Positions 29,090 to 40,239 are shown, numbered from the stretch's first letter. The stretch is 64,000 bases of DNA from Promethearchaeota archaeon (GCA_019058365.1 JAHPZE010000001.1:32001-96000), one strand, 5' to 3'. The notes: generated by a model not told the origin, from the sequence alone. Numbers and translations are program-made.

Positions 29090-30370
29090 ATGAATGAATT
29101 GAGAAACAAACTTAAAATTACAAATAAGGCGCTAGAAGCAATAAATAAATTTCTTACTGATGATAATAATGTTATAATAAATGAATTATTTAAGGTAATT
29201 GATAAATACGGTGGAGTGAATGAAATAAATAAAAAAGCTAGAGATGCAAGAAATTTTAATAATTTACTAGAAAGACTTAGAACTAAAAAACCAGAATTTG
29301 CAGCAGATATCGAATGGTTAATCGAACAAAGAGATAATAATGCTTTTATAAGTATATCAGATTATAGGAAAAAGATCCTTGGCGACAAATTATCAGAAAT
29401 GGAATTTGATAAAGATTATGCAGTAACCTTGGAACTTTCTGCTTGTCAATATTTTCCTTTCTTTATTGATATAGCTAAAGCTGCGATTAATGATAAAAAT
29501 TTAATGCCAGGAAGAATAATTCGTGTAAGAAAAATGAAAGAACAAGAAGAAGATGGTGATCTATTAGCAATGGCCGCTGCTATGCAAGTCATTGGAGCAA
29601 CCTATGTTGAGACACTTGATACAAAAGGTACTGCTCCTGGTCCTGATGGTATGCCTGTAAATGTCCATTTAGGAGGTCCTGAAACTATTACAGGATATTT
29701 TGGAGGAGTTGGGCAACCAAATGATTTTGCTTTAAAGTGGATTGATGAATATCTTTATTATTATACTAACTATGGGATTAAGCAAGTTCTAAATGTTAAT
29801 CCTGGAACTGTTCTTTTGGGGTATTTCATGCATAAACTAGGAATTGATAACGAATTCAAAATTTCAGTATATATGGGCAATGATAATCCTTATGCGTGTC
29901 TTTGGACTTTATTAACTGCTAAATTGTTTGCTCGTGAAGATGGAACAAGTCCTTTAATTGGGTTTAATCTTGCTAATTCAATTAATAATGAAACTCTTGA
30001 ACTCTCCGCATATATTAGAAAAGATTTTGGATTTGAGGATGTTGTGAGATTCGAACATCATGTAATTGAAACTCAAAAAAGTATAGTAAGGCAACCGTAT
30101 GATAAAAGAGATGAATTAGTGGAAGTTGCTAAGAAAGTGAAAAATATTAGTGCTAAACATGAAGGTGGTGATGTGGAATTAGATAAGAATAGAGAGCATC
30201 CTTCAGATATATTGGATTATTTCAGAGATAAGCAGGAAATAATAGATTCAGGTCATTGGGAATTTATGCGAAGAAATCATCTTGATAGATATATTGCAAT
30301 AAATACCACCGCCAGGATACTGACTGAAAATGGTATTGATATTATTGCAGCTCAAAATTTACATAAATAA
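29090..30370 (+). CDS. Hypothetical soluble protein, probably an enzyme
   Basis: 426-aa ORF with motif-like segments ETLDTKGT, HLGGPETITGYFGG, EHH, KHEGG; 28 nt upstream of next gene. Confidence 0.8.
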   Translation: MNELRNKLKITNKALEAINKFLTDDNNVIINELFKVIDKYGGVNEINKKARDARNFNNLLERLRTKKPEFAADIEWLIEQRDNNAFISISDYRKKILGDKLSEMEFDKDYAVTLELSACQYFPFFIDIAKAAINDKNLMPGRIIRVRKMKEQEEDGDLLAMAAAMQVIGATYVETLDTKGTAPGPDGMPVNVHLGGPETITGYFGGVGQPNDFALKWIDEYLYYYTNYGIKQVLNVNPGTVLLGYFMHKLGIDNEFKISVYMGNDNPYACLWTLLTAKLFAREDGTSPLIGFNLANSINNETLELSAYIRKDFGFEDVVRFEHHVIETQKSIVRQPYDKRDELVEVAKKVKNISAKHEGGDVELDKNREHPSDILDYFRDKQEIIDSGHWEFMRRNHLDRYIAINTTARILTENGIDIIAAQNLHK

Positions 30371-30398
30371 GAATTAATAAGGATGAGTGTAAGAAAAA

Positions 30399-31886
30399 AT
30401 GGGTAAATTCGATTTTCGGCCTTCTGGAGTTATGCCCGCAATGGTAACTCCATTTAATAAGGATGAATCAATAAATGAAGAGAACTTAAGAAATTTAGTG
30501 AATCATCTTATAGATCAAGGAGTAACTGGATTAGTTCCAGTAGGAACCACTGGAGAATTTGTTAACATGACCTTCGATGAACGATTAAAGGTGATTGAAA
30601 TTGTTGTTGATGAAGTAAATGGTAGGGTTCCTGTAATAGCAGGGACAGGAGAAACAGGAACTAAATTGGTAATTGATGCTACAAATAGTGCAACTGACAT
30701 CGGTGCTGATGCTGTATTAATAGTTACACCATATTTTTTAAAACCAAAAGCGAAAGGATTATATGATCATTATTTTACAATTGCAGAAAAAACAGATATT
30801 CCTATAGTACTGTATAATATACCTGTTTGTACAGGAGTAGAATTACCTTGGACGGTGGTGGAGGATCTCGTGGATATTGAAAATATTGTCGGAATTAAAG
30901 ATTCGAGTGGAGATTATAAATATTTTTCAGCATTACTAGAAAAGGTAAGTGATAAAATTTCAGTTCTTATCGGATGGGATGAAAATGTGTTGGGAGCTTT
31001 AGCTGGGGGTGCTGCTGGATGTATTCTAGGTTCAGCAAATGTTTTTCCTAAAATTTGGCTTGAAATATATGAACATGTGAAGAATAATCGATTACAAGAA
31101 GCTCAAGCACTTCAGAAAAAAATTCAAAAGTTAGCTAGACTTTTGATAAATTCTGGAGCTTTAGGTGCAAAATCTTGTCTAAATATGATGAAAATACCAG
31201 TAGGTAAAACCCGTCAACCCATTATTGTAGGTGATACACTTTCATATGAAATAAAGGATGAATTACGAGTCGAGCTTGAAAAGTTGGGACTAATTGAAAA
31301 AACAGAAATACAGTTTCAATTGGGAGATAAGCCACTCACAAGTCGTTTTTATGCAATTGGAATAACACCTCAGAAAATTACTGATTTTGAATTGAAAGTC
31401 GGAGAATCTCTTGTAGGTGACCGAGCAGAACTTGCCCATATTGATCTTCTAATCGGTAAAAAGAACGGACCTGTTGGAAATGCTTATGCTCAAGCTTTAA
31501 CTAATCCAGAAGAGGGACGTGAAGGGCTTCAAGTTATACTTGAGCCTAATATGCAAGTAAAGCCAGCCACAATAATGATCCCTACTATCAAACCAATATC
31601 TCTTCGCCATGCTAGTTTAACTTATGGCCCCGCTCAAGCCGCTATCGCCAAGGCAGTGATGCAATCCGTTGAAGATGGAATCCTTCCGAAAAAATTAGCA
31701 GAAGATATCGTACTAATTGTAAATGTTTTTGTTCATCCTAGTGCTAGTGCAAGAAAAAGAATATTTATCAATAATTATAAAGCAACACGTAATTCAATAA
31801 GAAAAGCAATGGAAGGATTACCAACAGTAGATGATGCTATTGAGAATGTTGAAAGCGCACGGCATCCCTTTCGGAACGATCCTTAA
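30399..31886 (+). CDS. DapA-family aldolase fused to formaldehyde-activating enzyme (Fae)
   Basis: N-terminal GTTGE, LYNIP, GIKDSSG; C-terminal (about 31390-31886) VGESLVG..AHIDLLIG..GPVG..KPAT..GPAQAAIAKAV..VFVHP..NYKAT..HPF. Confidence 0.92.
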   Translation: MGKFDFRPSGVMPAMVTPFNKDESINEENLRNLVNHLIDQGVTGLVPVGTTGEFVNMTFDERLKVIEIVVDEVNGRVPVIAGTGETGTKLVIDATNSATDIGADAVLIVTPYFLKPKAKGLYDHYFTIAEKTDIPIVLYNIPVCTGVELPWTVVEDLVDIENIVGIKDSSGDYKYFSALLEKVSDKISVLIGWDENVLGALAGGAAGCILGSANVFPKIWLEIYEHVKNNRLQEAQALQKKIQKLARLLINSGALGAKSCLNMMKIPVGKTRQPIIVGDTLSYEIKDELRVELEKLGLIEKTEIQFQLGDKPLTSRFYAIGITPQKITDFELKVGESLVGDRAELAHIDLLIGKKNGPVGNAYAQALTNPEEGREGLQVILEPNMQVKPATIMIPTIKPISLRHASLTYGPAQAAIAKAVMQSVEDGILPKKLAEDIVLIVNVFVHPSASARKRIFINNYKATRNSIRKAMEGLPTVDDAIENVESARHPFRNDP

Positions 31887-31921
31887 TAGAAATTAATTAA
31901 TAGACAATAAAAAGAGTATTA

Positions 31922-32497
31922 ATGATAAAATTCCCGAATAAATGTATAAAATGTAAAAAAGAAGATCTTCACTTAAATGATTTTATTTATACAAGAATTT
32001 TTTTTGTTCGGAAATTTAAACCAATATATTTTAAAATTCCTGTCTGCGATAATTGTAAAAAGGAATTAGCCAAATACGAAAGAATCTTGAGGTATTTAAA
32101 ATTAAAAAATAGTTTTTTTTGTATGTTTTGTATTTCAATCTTTTTTATATATATATGGATTAATTATGATTCTAACATAAGTCCAGCACTAATTATTTTT
32201 GCAATTCTTATATCAATTGTTTCTGGATCGTTAACATTAATGCTTTTAATATTACATTTAATATTTTATTTGAAAAAATATGATAGAATCAGTAATTATA
32301 TTGAAGTCAATACGGATGGATCAGTTTTAATTAAAGATCCAGAATATAGAAAAGAGTTTGAAGAATTATCATTACTTAATGAAGATGATAAGGAAGATGA
32401 ATTATATAATTGCCCCAATTGCAATACACTAATTCTAATAGATATGGAATTTTGTCCAGTCTGTGGGAAAGATTTGACGAAAATTCCTAAAATTTAA
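31922..32497 (+). CDS. Membrane protein with CxxC pairs and C-terminal zinc ribbon
   Basis: CIKC...PVCDNC, two TM helices, CPNC...FCPVCG. Confidence 0.75.
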   Translation: MIKFPNKCIKCKKEDLHLNDFIYTRIFFVRKFKPIYFKIPVCDNCKKELAKYERILRYLKLKNSFFCMFCISIFFIYIWINYDSNISPALIIFAILISIVSGSLTLMLLILHLIFYLKKYDRISNYIEVNTDGSVLIKDPEYRKEFEELSLLNEDDKEDELYNCPNCNTLILIDMEFCPVCGKDLTKIPKI

Positions 32498-32654
32498 TCC
32501 TCTATTAATTTTTTATAATGTACTAATCACATTGCTTTCATATGGTTTTTTAAGATTCTTTATGCAAACTTAATAGTATATAATCTAAATATTCATAATC
32601 TGAGGTAGATATTTGCAAGTAGTAAATAGACCAATCCAATTTGTTTCATTATCA

Positions 32655-33074
32655 TTAAGTTTTCAGAAATCTGCGTTTTAAATCATCTGAAATAATTACT
32701 TTTTTCTTTTTTTCATAATCATACCAAATAATATGCGCTTCACCTTCAGCAGCTATTCGATTCAACTTTTTACTATATAACTCATGCTTTATAATTATTT
32801 TAGATCCATCTATTCGTATAACTTTTGCTCCAACAAAAACAGTATCTGGATAGACCAGAGGTTTTTTATAATAACAACATTGAAAAGATAAAATTGGTCC
32901 TGTACGTACAGTTATAGGTTCTTCATAAATATCTAAAAATTGAAATAATGCTATTCGTGAACTTTCAAAATAACGATAATATATTGTATTATTTACATGC
33001 CCTCAAGCATCCATATCTCCCCATCGAACGGGTATCTCTTTTATCACAATATAATCTTTTAAAAATTCACTCAT
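32655..33074 (-). pseudogene. Acyl-CoA thioesterase (4HBT/YbgC family), disrupted
   Basis: VRWGDMDA*GHVNNTIYYRYFESSR with TGA at 33003-33005, plus a frameshift before PLVYPDTV. Confidence 0.85.
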
Positions 33075-33279
33075 CTTGTCTACTCTTATTCCCTTATAAA
33101 AGTATCAATTGATTTTATAATTTATTAGTTAAAATTCCTTATAATTTTAATTTATTAAACTCTTTTAGTTTCTATTTAATACTTCATAACACGAATATTG
33201 ATAACTCTAAGAATCAATTTTAAATTGATAGTATATTTTTGAATCCAAAATTTAGAAGTTTAAACAAATTGAAATAATT

Positions 33280-33765
33280 ATGACAGAACAATTAATAGAG
33301 TTAAAAGTTGGAGCAGATGCTCCTAATTTTTGTCTTCCAGATAAAGATAATAATGAAGTCTGTTTGGATGATTTTAAAGGAAAATTTATTGTACTCTACT
33401 TTTATCCAAAAGATAATACACCTGGTTGTACTACTGAAGCGATTGGATTTACGGGAATTTTACCAAAACTAGAAAAATTAGATACTGTTGTGATTGGCGT
33501 TAGTCCTGATAGTCCTGAATCTCATGCTAAGTTCATTGAAAAGAAAGATTTGAAGGTTACATTACTTAGTGATAAGGATATAAAAGTCATTAAAAAATAT
33601 GGTAAATGGGCTAAGAAGAAATTTCAAGGAAAGGAATATATGGGTGTTGTTCGAAGTACATTTTTAATCGATCCTAATGGAAAGATAGCACATATATGGT
33701 CCAAAGTTTCTGTTAATGGACATTCTGAAGAAGTCCAAAAGGTTTTAACTGAATTAAGGAAATAA
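33280..33765 (+). CDS. bcp: Peroxiredoxin Bcp/PrxQ
   Basis: LYFYPKDNTPGCTTEA, GVSPDS, RSTFLIDPNG. Confidence 0.95.
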   Translation: MTEQLIELKVGADAPNFCLPDKDNNEVCLDDFKGKFIVLYFYPKDNTPGCTTEAIGFTGILPKLEKLDTVVIGVSPDSPESHAKFIEKKDLKVTLLSDKDIKVIKKYGKWAKKKFQGKEYMGVVRSTFLIDPNGKIAHIWSKVSVNGHSEEVQKVLTELRK

Positions 33766-33811
33766 ATTTTATTTATTTTATATATACCAATTAAACTATA
33801 CATAACTTATC

Positions 33812-34396
33812 ATGGATGTTAAAGAAGCAATTAAAAATAGAAGAGCTTATCGATCACTTGATCCAGTTAATATCAAAGATGATTTAATTAAAGATTTTGT
33901 TGAAATGGTTAAAATAACACCTTCATGTGCAAATCGACAGCCTTGGAATTTTATTTTTGTAAAGGATAAAGACAAATTGGCAGAGTTATTCACTACTTTA
34001 TCAGATGGGAATAAATGGGTAGAGAAGGCTTCAATGATTATTGCTGTTTTTAGTAGACCTGAAAATGATTGCATCATCAAAGAACGTCTTTATTATTTAT
34101 TTGACACAGGAATGGCAACTGCTTTTTTGATTTTACGAGCTACTGAGTTAGGTCTAATTGCTCATCCTATAGCAGGATTCAGAGAAGATGAAGCAAAAGC
34201 CATCCTAAAGATCCCTGAAGAATTTAGGCTTATTACACTAGTAATTATTGGAAAACATTCCGAAACCATTAATCCAGTTCTCTCTGAATCAATGAAATTA
34301 GGAGAAAAACAACGACCACCCCGCAAAAAATCAGAAGATTTTATATTTTTAAATAGTTATAAAAATAAATTTCTTGAAATTGAAGGGGAAGCATGA
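33812..34396 (+). CDS. Nitroreductase family protein
   Basis: AIKNRRAYR, PSCANRQPW, LRATELGL. Confidence 0.9.
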   Translation: MDVKEAIKNRRAYRSLDPVNIKDDLIKDFVEMVKITPSCANRQPWNFIFVKDKDKLAELFTTLSDGNKWVEKASMIIAVFSRPENDCIIKERLYYLFDTGMATAFLILRATELGLIAHPIAGFREDEAKAILKIPEEFRLITLVIIGKHSETINPVLSESMKLGEKQRPPRKKSEDFIFLNSYKNKFLEIEGEA

Positions 34397-36481
34397 ATGA
34401 GTAGTGAACTAATAAGAAGTTATAAAAATCATCTTTCAAATGAGAAGAGTCCTTATTTACTTCAACATGCCAAGAATCCAGTAGATTGGTTTCCTTGGGG
34501 AGAAGAAGCTTTTAATAAAGCAAAACTAGAAGATAAGCCAATTTTTCTGTCGATAGGATATTCTACTTGCCACTGGTGTCATATTTTCGCTCACGAATCA
34601 TTTGAGGATATAGAAGTAGCTAAATTGATGAATGAGATATTTGTATCAGTTAAAGTGGATAGAGAAGAACGTCCCGATATAGATAAAATCTATATGACTG
34701 TTTGTCAAATGATGACCGGCTCAGGAGGTTGGCCATTAACTATTATCATGACCCCCGATAAAAAGCCTTTTTTTGCAGGAACTTATTTCCCTAAAAAGAC
34801 TCGGTTTGGGCGAATAGGATTAATAGATTTAATAAAACGTATAAAAGATCTTTGGACTAATCAAAGAATTGAGTTATTAAATTCTGCTGATCAGATTACT
34901 TTTAACCTTCAAAATATAGATCAAGAATCTCCTGGTGAGAAATTTTCAGAACACTCACTTAAAAAGGCGTATCGGCAATTATCAATACAATTTGATTCTG
35001 TGAATGGTGGATTTGGAGATCGTCCTAAATTTCCCACACCGCATAATCTTATCTTTTTATTAAGGTACTGGAAACGAACTGGTAATGAAAAAGCATTGGA
35101 GATGGTTGAAACTACACTTCAAGCTATGAGAAAAGGTGGAATTTATGACCATATTGGGTTTGGGTTTCATCGATATTCGACTGATTCAACCTGGCTTGTT
35201 CCTCATTTTGAGAAAATGTTATATGACCAAGCATTAATAGCAATTGCTTATATTGAAGCTTATCAAGCTACTAAAAAGGATTTTTACAAAAAAACAGCTC
35301 AAGAAATATTTTCCTATGTTCTAAGAGATATGACTTCGCCAGAAGGGGGGTTTTATTCAGCTGAAGATGCAGATAGTGAAGGAGAAGAGGGAAAATTTTA
35401 TGTATGGTCAAAAGAAGAAATGGAAAAAACTCTTAAAAAGGATGAATTGGATTTAGCAATTAAAATTTTTAATGTCGAGGAAACTGGTAATTATCTTGAA
35501 GAAGCATCTATGAAAAAGATAGGCAAGAATATTTTGCATTTAAGAACACTTCCAGATATAGAATCACCTGAAGAAATTGAAAAAATACGTTTAAGCTTGT
35601 TTGAAACAAGAGAAAAAAGAATACATCCTCATAAAGATGACAAAATACTAGCTGATTGGAATGGATTATTAATAGCTGCTCTGGCTAAAGCTGCTATAGT
35701 CTTCCATGAAAAAAAGTATTTAGGGGCTGCAAAGAACGCAGTTGATTTTATACTCTCAAACCTTCGAGAATCTAATAATAAATTACTTCATCGATATAAA
35801 GATGGAGCTTCAGAAATTCAAGGATATTTAACAGATTATGCTTTTTTCATATGGGGACTCATAGAATTGTACGAAGCTACTTTTAATATTTTTTATTTAG
35901 AAACGGCTCTTGAATTGCATAAGATTCAAATAGAAGATTTTTGGGATGAAAATATTGGTGGTTTTTATCTTACTTCTAAAAATAGCGAGCCATTATTAAC
36001 TAGACAAAAAGAAATTTATGATGGAGCTATTCCTTCGGGGAATTCAATTGCAATGTTAAACTTACTTAGATTAAGTTATATTACGGGGAATTATGAATTA
36101 GAAAAAAAAGCAGATGTACTCAATAGAGTTTTCTCTAATAAAATTAAAGCGAGTCCTCTGGCATACACTCAATTTTTGATTGCTATAGATTTCGCTATTG
36201 GTCCAACTTATTCATTAGTCATAGTTGGTGATTCGGATTCAAAAGATACTATCGAACTAATAAAACAAATTCAACAAAAATACATTTTAAATAAAGTGAT
36301 AATTCATAGAAATACCGAACGTGAATTTCCAGAAATAGATAAATTATCAAACTTTATCCAATTTTTCATTAAGGTAGACAATAAAGCAACTGCTTATGTT
36401 TGCATTAACAAAACTTGTAAGCCTCCTACATCAGATTTACAAAAATTATTTGAGTATCTAAATGCAACATGGAAATTTTAG
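34397..36481 (+). CDS. Thioredoxin-domain protein YyaL/SSP411 (DUF255)
   Basis: [50 protein letters not shown]. Confidence 0.95.
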   Translation: MSSELIRSYKNHLSNEKSPYLLQHAKNPVDWFPWGEEAFNKAKLEDKPIFLSIGYSTCHWCHIFAHESFEDIEVAKLMNEIFVSVKVDREERPDIDKIYMTVCQMMTGSGGWPLTIIMTPDKKPFFAGTYFPKKTRFGRIGLIDLIKRIKDLWTNQRIELLNSADQITFNLQNIDQESPGEKFSEHSLKKAYRQLSIQFDSVNGGFGDRPKFPTPHNLIFLLRYWKRTGNEKALEMVETTLQAMRKGGIYDHIGFGFHRYSTDSTWLVPHFEKMLYDQALIAIAYIEAYQATKKDFYKKTAQEIFSYVLRDMTSPEGGFYSAEDADSEGEEGKFYVWSKEEMEKTLKKDELDLAIKIFNVEETGNYLEEASMKKIGKNILHLRTLPDIESPEEIEKIRLSLFETREKRIHPHKDDKILADWNGLLIAALAKAAIVFHEKKYLGAAKNAVDFILSNLRESNNKLLHRYKDGASEIQGYLTDYAFFIWGLIELYEATFNIFYLETALELHKIQIEDFWDENIGGFYLTSKNSEPLLTRQKEIYDGAIPSGNSIAMLNLLRLSYITGNYELEKKADVLNRVFSNKIKASPLAYTQFLIAIDFAIGPTYSLVIVGDSDSKDTIELIKQIQQKYILNKVIIHRNTEREFPEIDKLSNFIQFFIKVDNKATAYVCINKTCKPPTSDLQKLFEYLNATWKF

Positions 36482-36577
36482 AAAAAATTAGTAAAATATT
36501 CTTTTTTTAAAAAAATAATTTATTTAAGAGATATGCGAAGAGTATTGATTTTTTAATTGTTTAAATTAGTAATCTCA

Positions 36578-36688
36578 TTAATCATCTTCAAAATCTTCTT
36601 CGTAATCGCCATCGTTATCCCAGTCTTCGTCATCATCCTCATCCTCATCATCGTCATCCCAATCTTCTTCATCTTTCTTTTTTGCCAT
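36578..36688 (-). CDS. 36-aa highly acidic Trp-containing micropeptide
   Basis: MAKKKDEEDWDDDDEDEDDDEDWDNDGDYEEDFEDD*; GGAGG at 36701-36697, 8 nt before ATG; varied synonymous codons. Confidence 0.75.
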   Translation of the reverse strand: MAKKKDEEDWDDDDEDEDDDEDWDNDGDYEEDFEDD

Positions 36689-37268
36689 TTGAATATCCTC
36701 CTATTATGTTATTTTTTCTACCATTTTATAATTACTTTAAGTAGAAATAATTTTAATAGTATATCAATTAAATGAATTATAATGATGTTTATTTAAATGT
36801 TTCTATTAGAAATCGTTATTATCAATTTTTAAAAGTAGTTAATATTAATTAAACGATAGAAAATAATAATGGTATTAGCTGTAGAAATATTATTGCTAGA
36901 ACCATTAAAAAATCAAAAATTTAAATCTCACAATATCAAATCTTAAGTGTAGATTAATATTTTAAACAAATTGGGAACGCATTTTAAGATATTTTTTTTC
37001 TTTCATAAATGGATTGTAAAGATTAGAGGATAAAAATACGAGAAAAATATAAAAAGCTACTAAATTATTAATTGAAAATTTAAAAAAATTGTTTAATTTA
37101 AGAAATAGAACGAAAAAATATTCGAATCTTTTCCATTATATTTCTATTTTTATTCCTATCATAGCTTTTTGAAAGCCACTTATCTATTATTGAATCAAAT
37201 ATTCAATATTTGTTGAAATACAAAAAATAAGGTGTATTTTTTAGAAAAAAAGAATCTATTATTAAGTA

Positions 37269-39266
37269 TTACAATCTGTCTGTGATTATTGAATAAATTT
37301 GTTCAGCAGTAAATCCTTTTATATCAATTGCAGAACATCTACAATTACCTGAACAAGCACCACACCCTTTACAGAGAGCTTCATTAATTTTAGCTACAGT
37401 ACCGAACCTTCGGTCATCAACAAGTTCAATCGCCCCGTAAGCACAATTTTCGACACACATACCACATCCAATGCATCTTTCAGGTCGAACAACACCAAAA
37501 AAAGGTTCTACTTCAACTTCTCCCTTAGCCATTAAGACAGCAGCACTTGAAGCTGCTCCTTTAGCTTGAGCTACAGCATCAGGTATATCCTTTGGTCCTT
37601 GAGCAACTCCAGCAATAAAAATCCCATCTGTTAAAGTGTCAACAGGCCTTAATTTTGGATGGGCTTCTAAAAAGAATCCATCAGCAGATCTTTGAATTCT
37701 TAACAGAGAAGTTATTATATCTGCATCCGCGCGCGGTTCTAATCCACAAGATAATATGAATAAGTCAACTTTTAATTCAATTGGTTGCTGAAGTAAGGTA
37801 TCTTCAGATCGAATAATGATATTATGATCTTCATCTTCGGTAACTTCTGCGATTCTGCCCCTCATATAACTAATTCCATAATTTCGACCAGCAGATTCGT
37901 AAAATTCCTCATATCCTTTTCCAAAAGCTCGAATATCCATATAGAAAATATATACATCAGCATCAGGATGTTTTTCTTTATATTGTCTTGCTTGTTTTGT
38001 AGCATACATACAGCAAACTCTAGAGCAATATTGATTACCTCCTTCTCTAAAATTCCTACTTCCGACACATTGCAAGAAAGCGATGCTGTGTGGTTCTTTT
38101 AAATCAGAAGGTCTCACTGGTTTTCCTGTAACTGGTCCGAAAGAACTTAATAAACGTTCCATTTGAAGTCCCGTAATAACATTTGGATATATTCCATATC
38201 CATATTGCTTTAACTCTGTTGGGTCATATAAGTCCCATCCAGTTGTTACTATAATTGTTCCTACTTTGACTTTCAGATATTCTGGTTTGTCATCATAAAT
38301 AATTGCTTCTGGTTCACATACATCAATTCTTGCACAAATTCCACATTTAATACAGTTATCCATATCTATTGTATATTGTCCAGGAATAGCTTGGGGAAAT
38401 GGAATATATATTGCTTTTCGTGTAGCTAATCCTAATTCGAATTCATTACCTACAGTCACAGGGCAATAATCAACACACACTCCACATCCAGTACATTTTT
38501 CTTGATCTACATAATGAGGTTTTTTTAATATTGTGACTTCAAAATTCCCTATATACCCAGACACTTCTGTTACTTCAGAATATGTTAAGAGTTCTATGTT
38601 TTTTTCTCGTGATATTTCAGACATTTTTGGAGTAAGGATACAACTTGAACAATCCATGGTTGGAAATGTTTTATCCAGTTGAGCCATATGACCTCCAATT
38701 GTAGGGGTTTTTTCCACTAAATATATTTTGTATCCCTCTGCAGCAAGATCTAAAGCCGCATTCATACCTGCAATTCCTGCTCCAATTATCAAACAAGATG
38801 GTTCTACTTTTACTTTCTGTACTTCAAGAGGGACTAATTCTCTTGATTTTGCTACTGCCATCCTAATATGATCTTTAGCAGTTTCATATGCCCCTTCTGG
38901 ATCTTTCATATGAACCCATGTTGAGTGTTCTCTAATGTTTGCCATCTCAAACAGAAATGGATTTAATCCTGCTTCTTTACAAGCAATTCTAAAAGTAGGT
39001 TCATGCATTCTCGGAGAACATGCTGCAACTATTACTCTATTTACTAATCCCGCTTCAATATCTTCTTTAATCATTTTTTGACCTACATCAGAACAAAAGA
39101 ATTTATATTCCCGCGCAATTTCTACATTTGGAAGATTTTTGGCATATTCTACTAGATCTGGGACCGAAACTATTCCACCAATGTTTATTCCGCAATGGCA
39201 AACATAAACACCAATCCTAGGTCTTTCATTGCCAGTAATCTCAATTTCTTTTTTCGTTTCTGTCAT
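37269..39266 (-). CDS. hdrA: Heterodisulfide reductase subunit A (Cys form)
   Basis: CHCGINI, AACSPRMHE, GAGIAG, DKTFPTMDCSSCILTP, QCVGSR, YCSRVCC, HPKLRP. Confidence 0.96.
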   Translation of the reverse strand: MTETKKEIEITGNERPRIGVYVCHCGINIGGIVSVPDLVEYAKNLPNVEIAREYKFFCSDVGQKMIKEDIEAGLVNRVIVAACSPRMHEPTFRIACKEAGLNPFLFEMANIREHSTWVHMKDPEGAYETAKDHIRMAVAKSRELVPLEVQKVKVEPSCLIIGAGIAGMNAALDLAAEGYKIYLVEKTPTIGGHMAQLDKTFPTMDCSSCILTPKMSEISREKNIELLTYSEVTEVSGYIGNFEVTILKKPHYVDQEKCTGCGVCVDYCPVTVGNEFELGLATRKAIYIPFPQAIPGQYTIDMDNCIKCGICARIDVCEPEAIIYDDKPEYLKVKVGTIIVTTGWDLYDPTELKQYGYGIYPNVITGLQMERLLSSFGPVTGKPVRPSDLKEPHSIAFLQCVGSRNFREGGNQYCSRVCCMYATKQARQYKEKHPDADVYIFYMDIRAFGKGYEEFYESAGRNYGISYMRGRIAEVTEDEDHNIIIRSEDTLLQQPIELKVDLFILSCGLEPRADADIITSLLRIQRSADGFFLEAHPKLRPVDTLTDGIFIAGVAQGPKDIPDAVAQAKGAASSAAVLMAKGEVEVEPFFGVVRPERCIGCGMCVENCAYGAIELVDDRRFGTVAKINEALCKGCGACSGNCRCSAIDIKGFTAEQIYSIITDRL

Positions 39267-39276
39267 TTTTTTACTC

Positions 39277-40227
39277 CTAAATCAATTGTTCTTTAACTAT
39301 TTTTAGAAATGAGTCATAAGGTATAGATGGAGTAACTCCTTGCAATTCATGATTTTTAACTAAACCTAATAAGTTAGGATCCATTCCAAATGCAACTCCT
39401 AAGAGTTGAGTAATATATATTACAGGTATATGAAATGGTTCTCCGATTATGTCAGCATAGAAGTTATTTACCTCAATTTGACCAATATCTAGTTGGAGTT
39501 CACAGAATGGGCAGCAATTAATAATGATATCTACCCCAGCATCTCTCATATTTACTAATTTCTCTCGGGTAAAATCTGCAGCAACTTCTCTAACAGCAGT
39601 TCTAACAGCTCCACCAGCACCACAGCACATATATTTATCTTTATAGTTTATACTTTTAGCTCCAGTCAATTCAACAATTTCATCAAGAAATTTTGGAGCT
39701 TCATATTCACCATTCCAAGGTCTTTTATCACTTGGTTTTACAATATGGCACCCGTAATGTACAGCTACTTTTAAATCTGAAAATGTAAGTTTAATATAAT
39801 CTTTTAAATAATCTAATCCCATATCAAGATATAATGCTTGAACAACATGTTTTGGTTCGAGATTACCTTTATATGTACGCCCAATTTTGGCTAAATATTC
39901 ATTTACTTCTTTCTTTAATTCGTATTCATGTTCAAGTTCATACCAAGCATCTCTTAGAGTCCCGTAGCAGCCATTACATCCTGTAAGTGGACTTACTCCT
40001 AGTTCTTCCGCAATAGAAATATTTCTTGCCGCAATAACTAACCAAGTTGGAATATGAAATGCTCTAAAAACACCAGGAGCCGGACAACATGACGCACCGG
40101 GCAAATCTAAAAGTTCAGCATCAAGATGGTCGAAAACGCTTCTAATTGAGGCTTCAATCATAGGATAACGATTAGGAATTACGCAACCTAAAAAGAACCC
40201 ATATCTCCATTTATAGTCTTTACTCAT
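39277..40227 (-). CDS. hdrB: Heterodisulfide reductase subunit B
   Basis: FLGC, SCCP, CNGC, HYGCH, CCGAGG, CPFC (two CCG domains). Confidence 0.93.
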   Translation of the reverse strand: MSKDYKWRYGFFLGCVIPNRYPMIEASIRSVFDHLDAELLDLPGASCCPAPGVFRAFHIPTWLVIAARNISIAEELGVSPLTGCNGCYGTLRDAWYELEHEYELKKEVNEYLAKIGRTYKGNLEPKHVVQALYLDMGLDYLKDYIKLTFSDLKVAVHYGCHIVKPSDKRPWNGEYEAPKFLDEIVELTGAKSINYKDKYMCCGAGGAVRTAVREVAADFTREKLVNMRDAGVDIIINCCPFCELQLDIGQIEVNNFYADIIGEPFHIPVIYITQLLGVAFGMDPNLLGLVKNHELQGVTPSIPYDSFLKIVKEQLI

Positions 40228-40239
40228 ATTTATTCATCC

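Noticed and set aside
33003-33005. In-frame TGA in thioesterase as selenocysteine
   Set aside because: The position is a non-Cys residue in the family (DAxGHVNN) and the gene also has a frameshift, so it is a pseudogene.
36557-36775. 72-aa hydrophobic plus-strand ORF from the ORF track
   Set aside because: Antisense shadow of the acidic micropeptide, which has the RBS and ATG.
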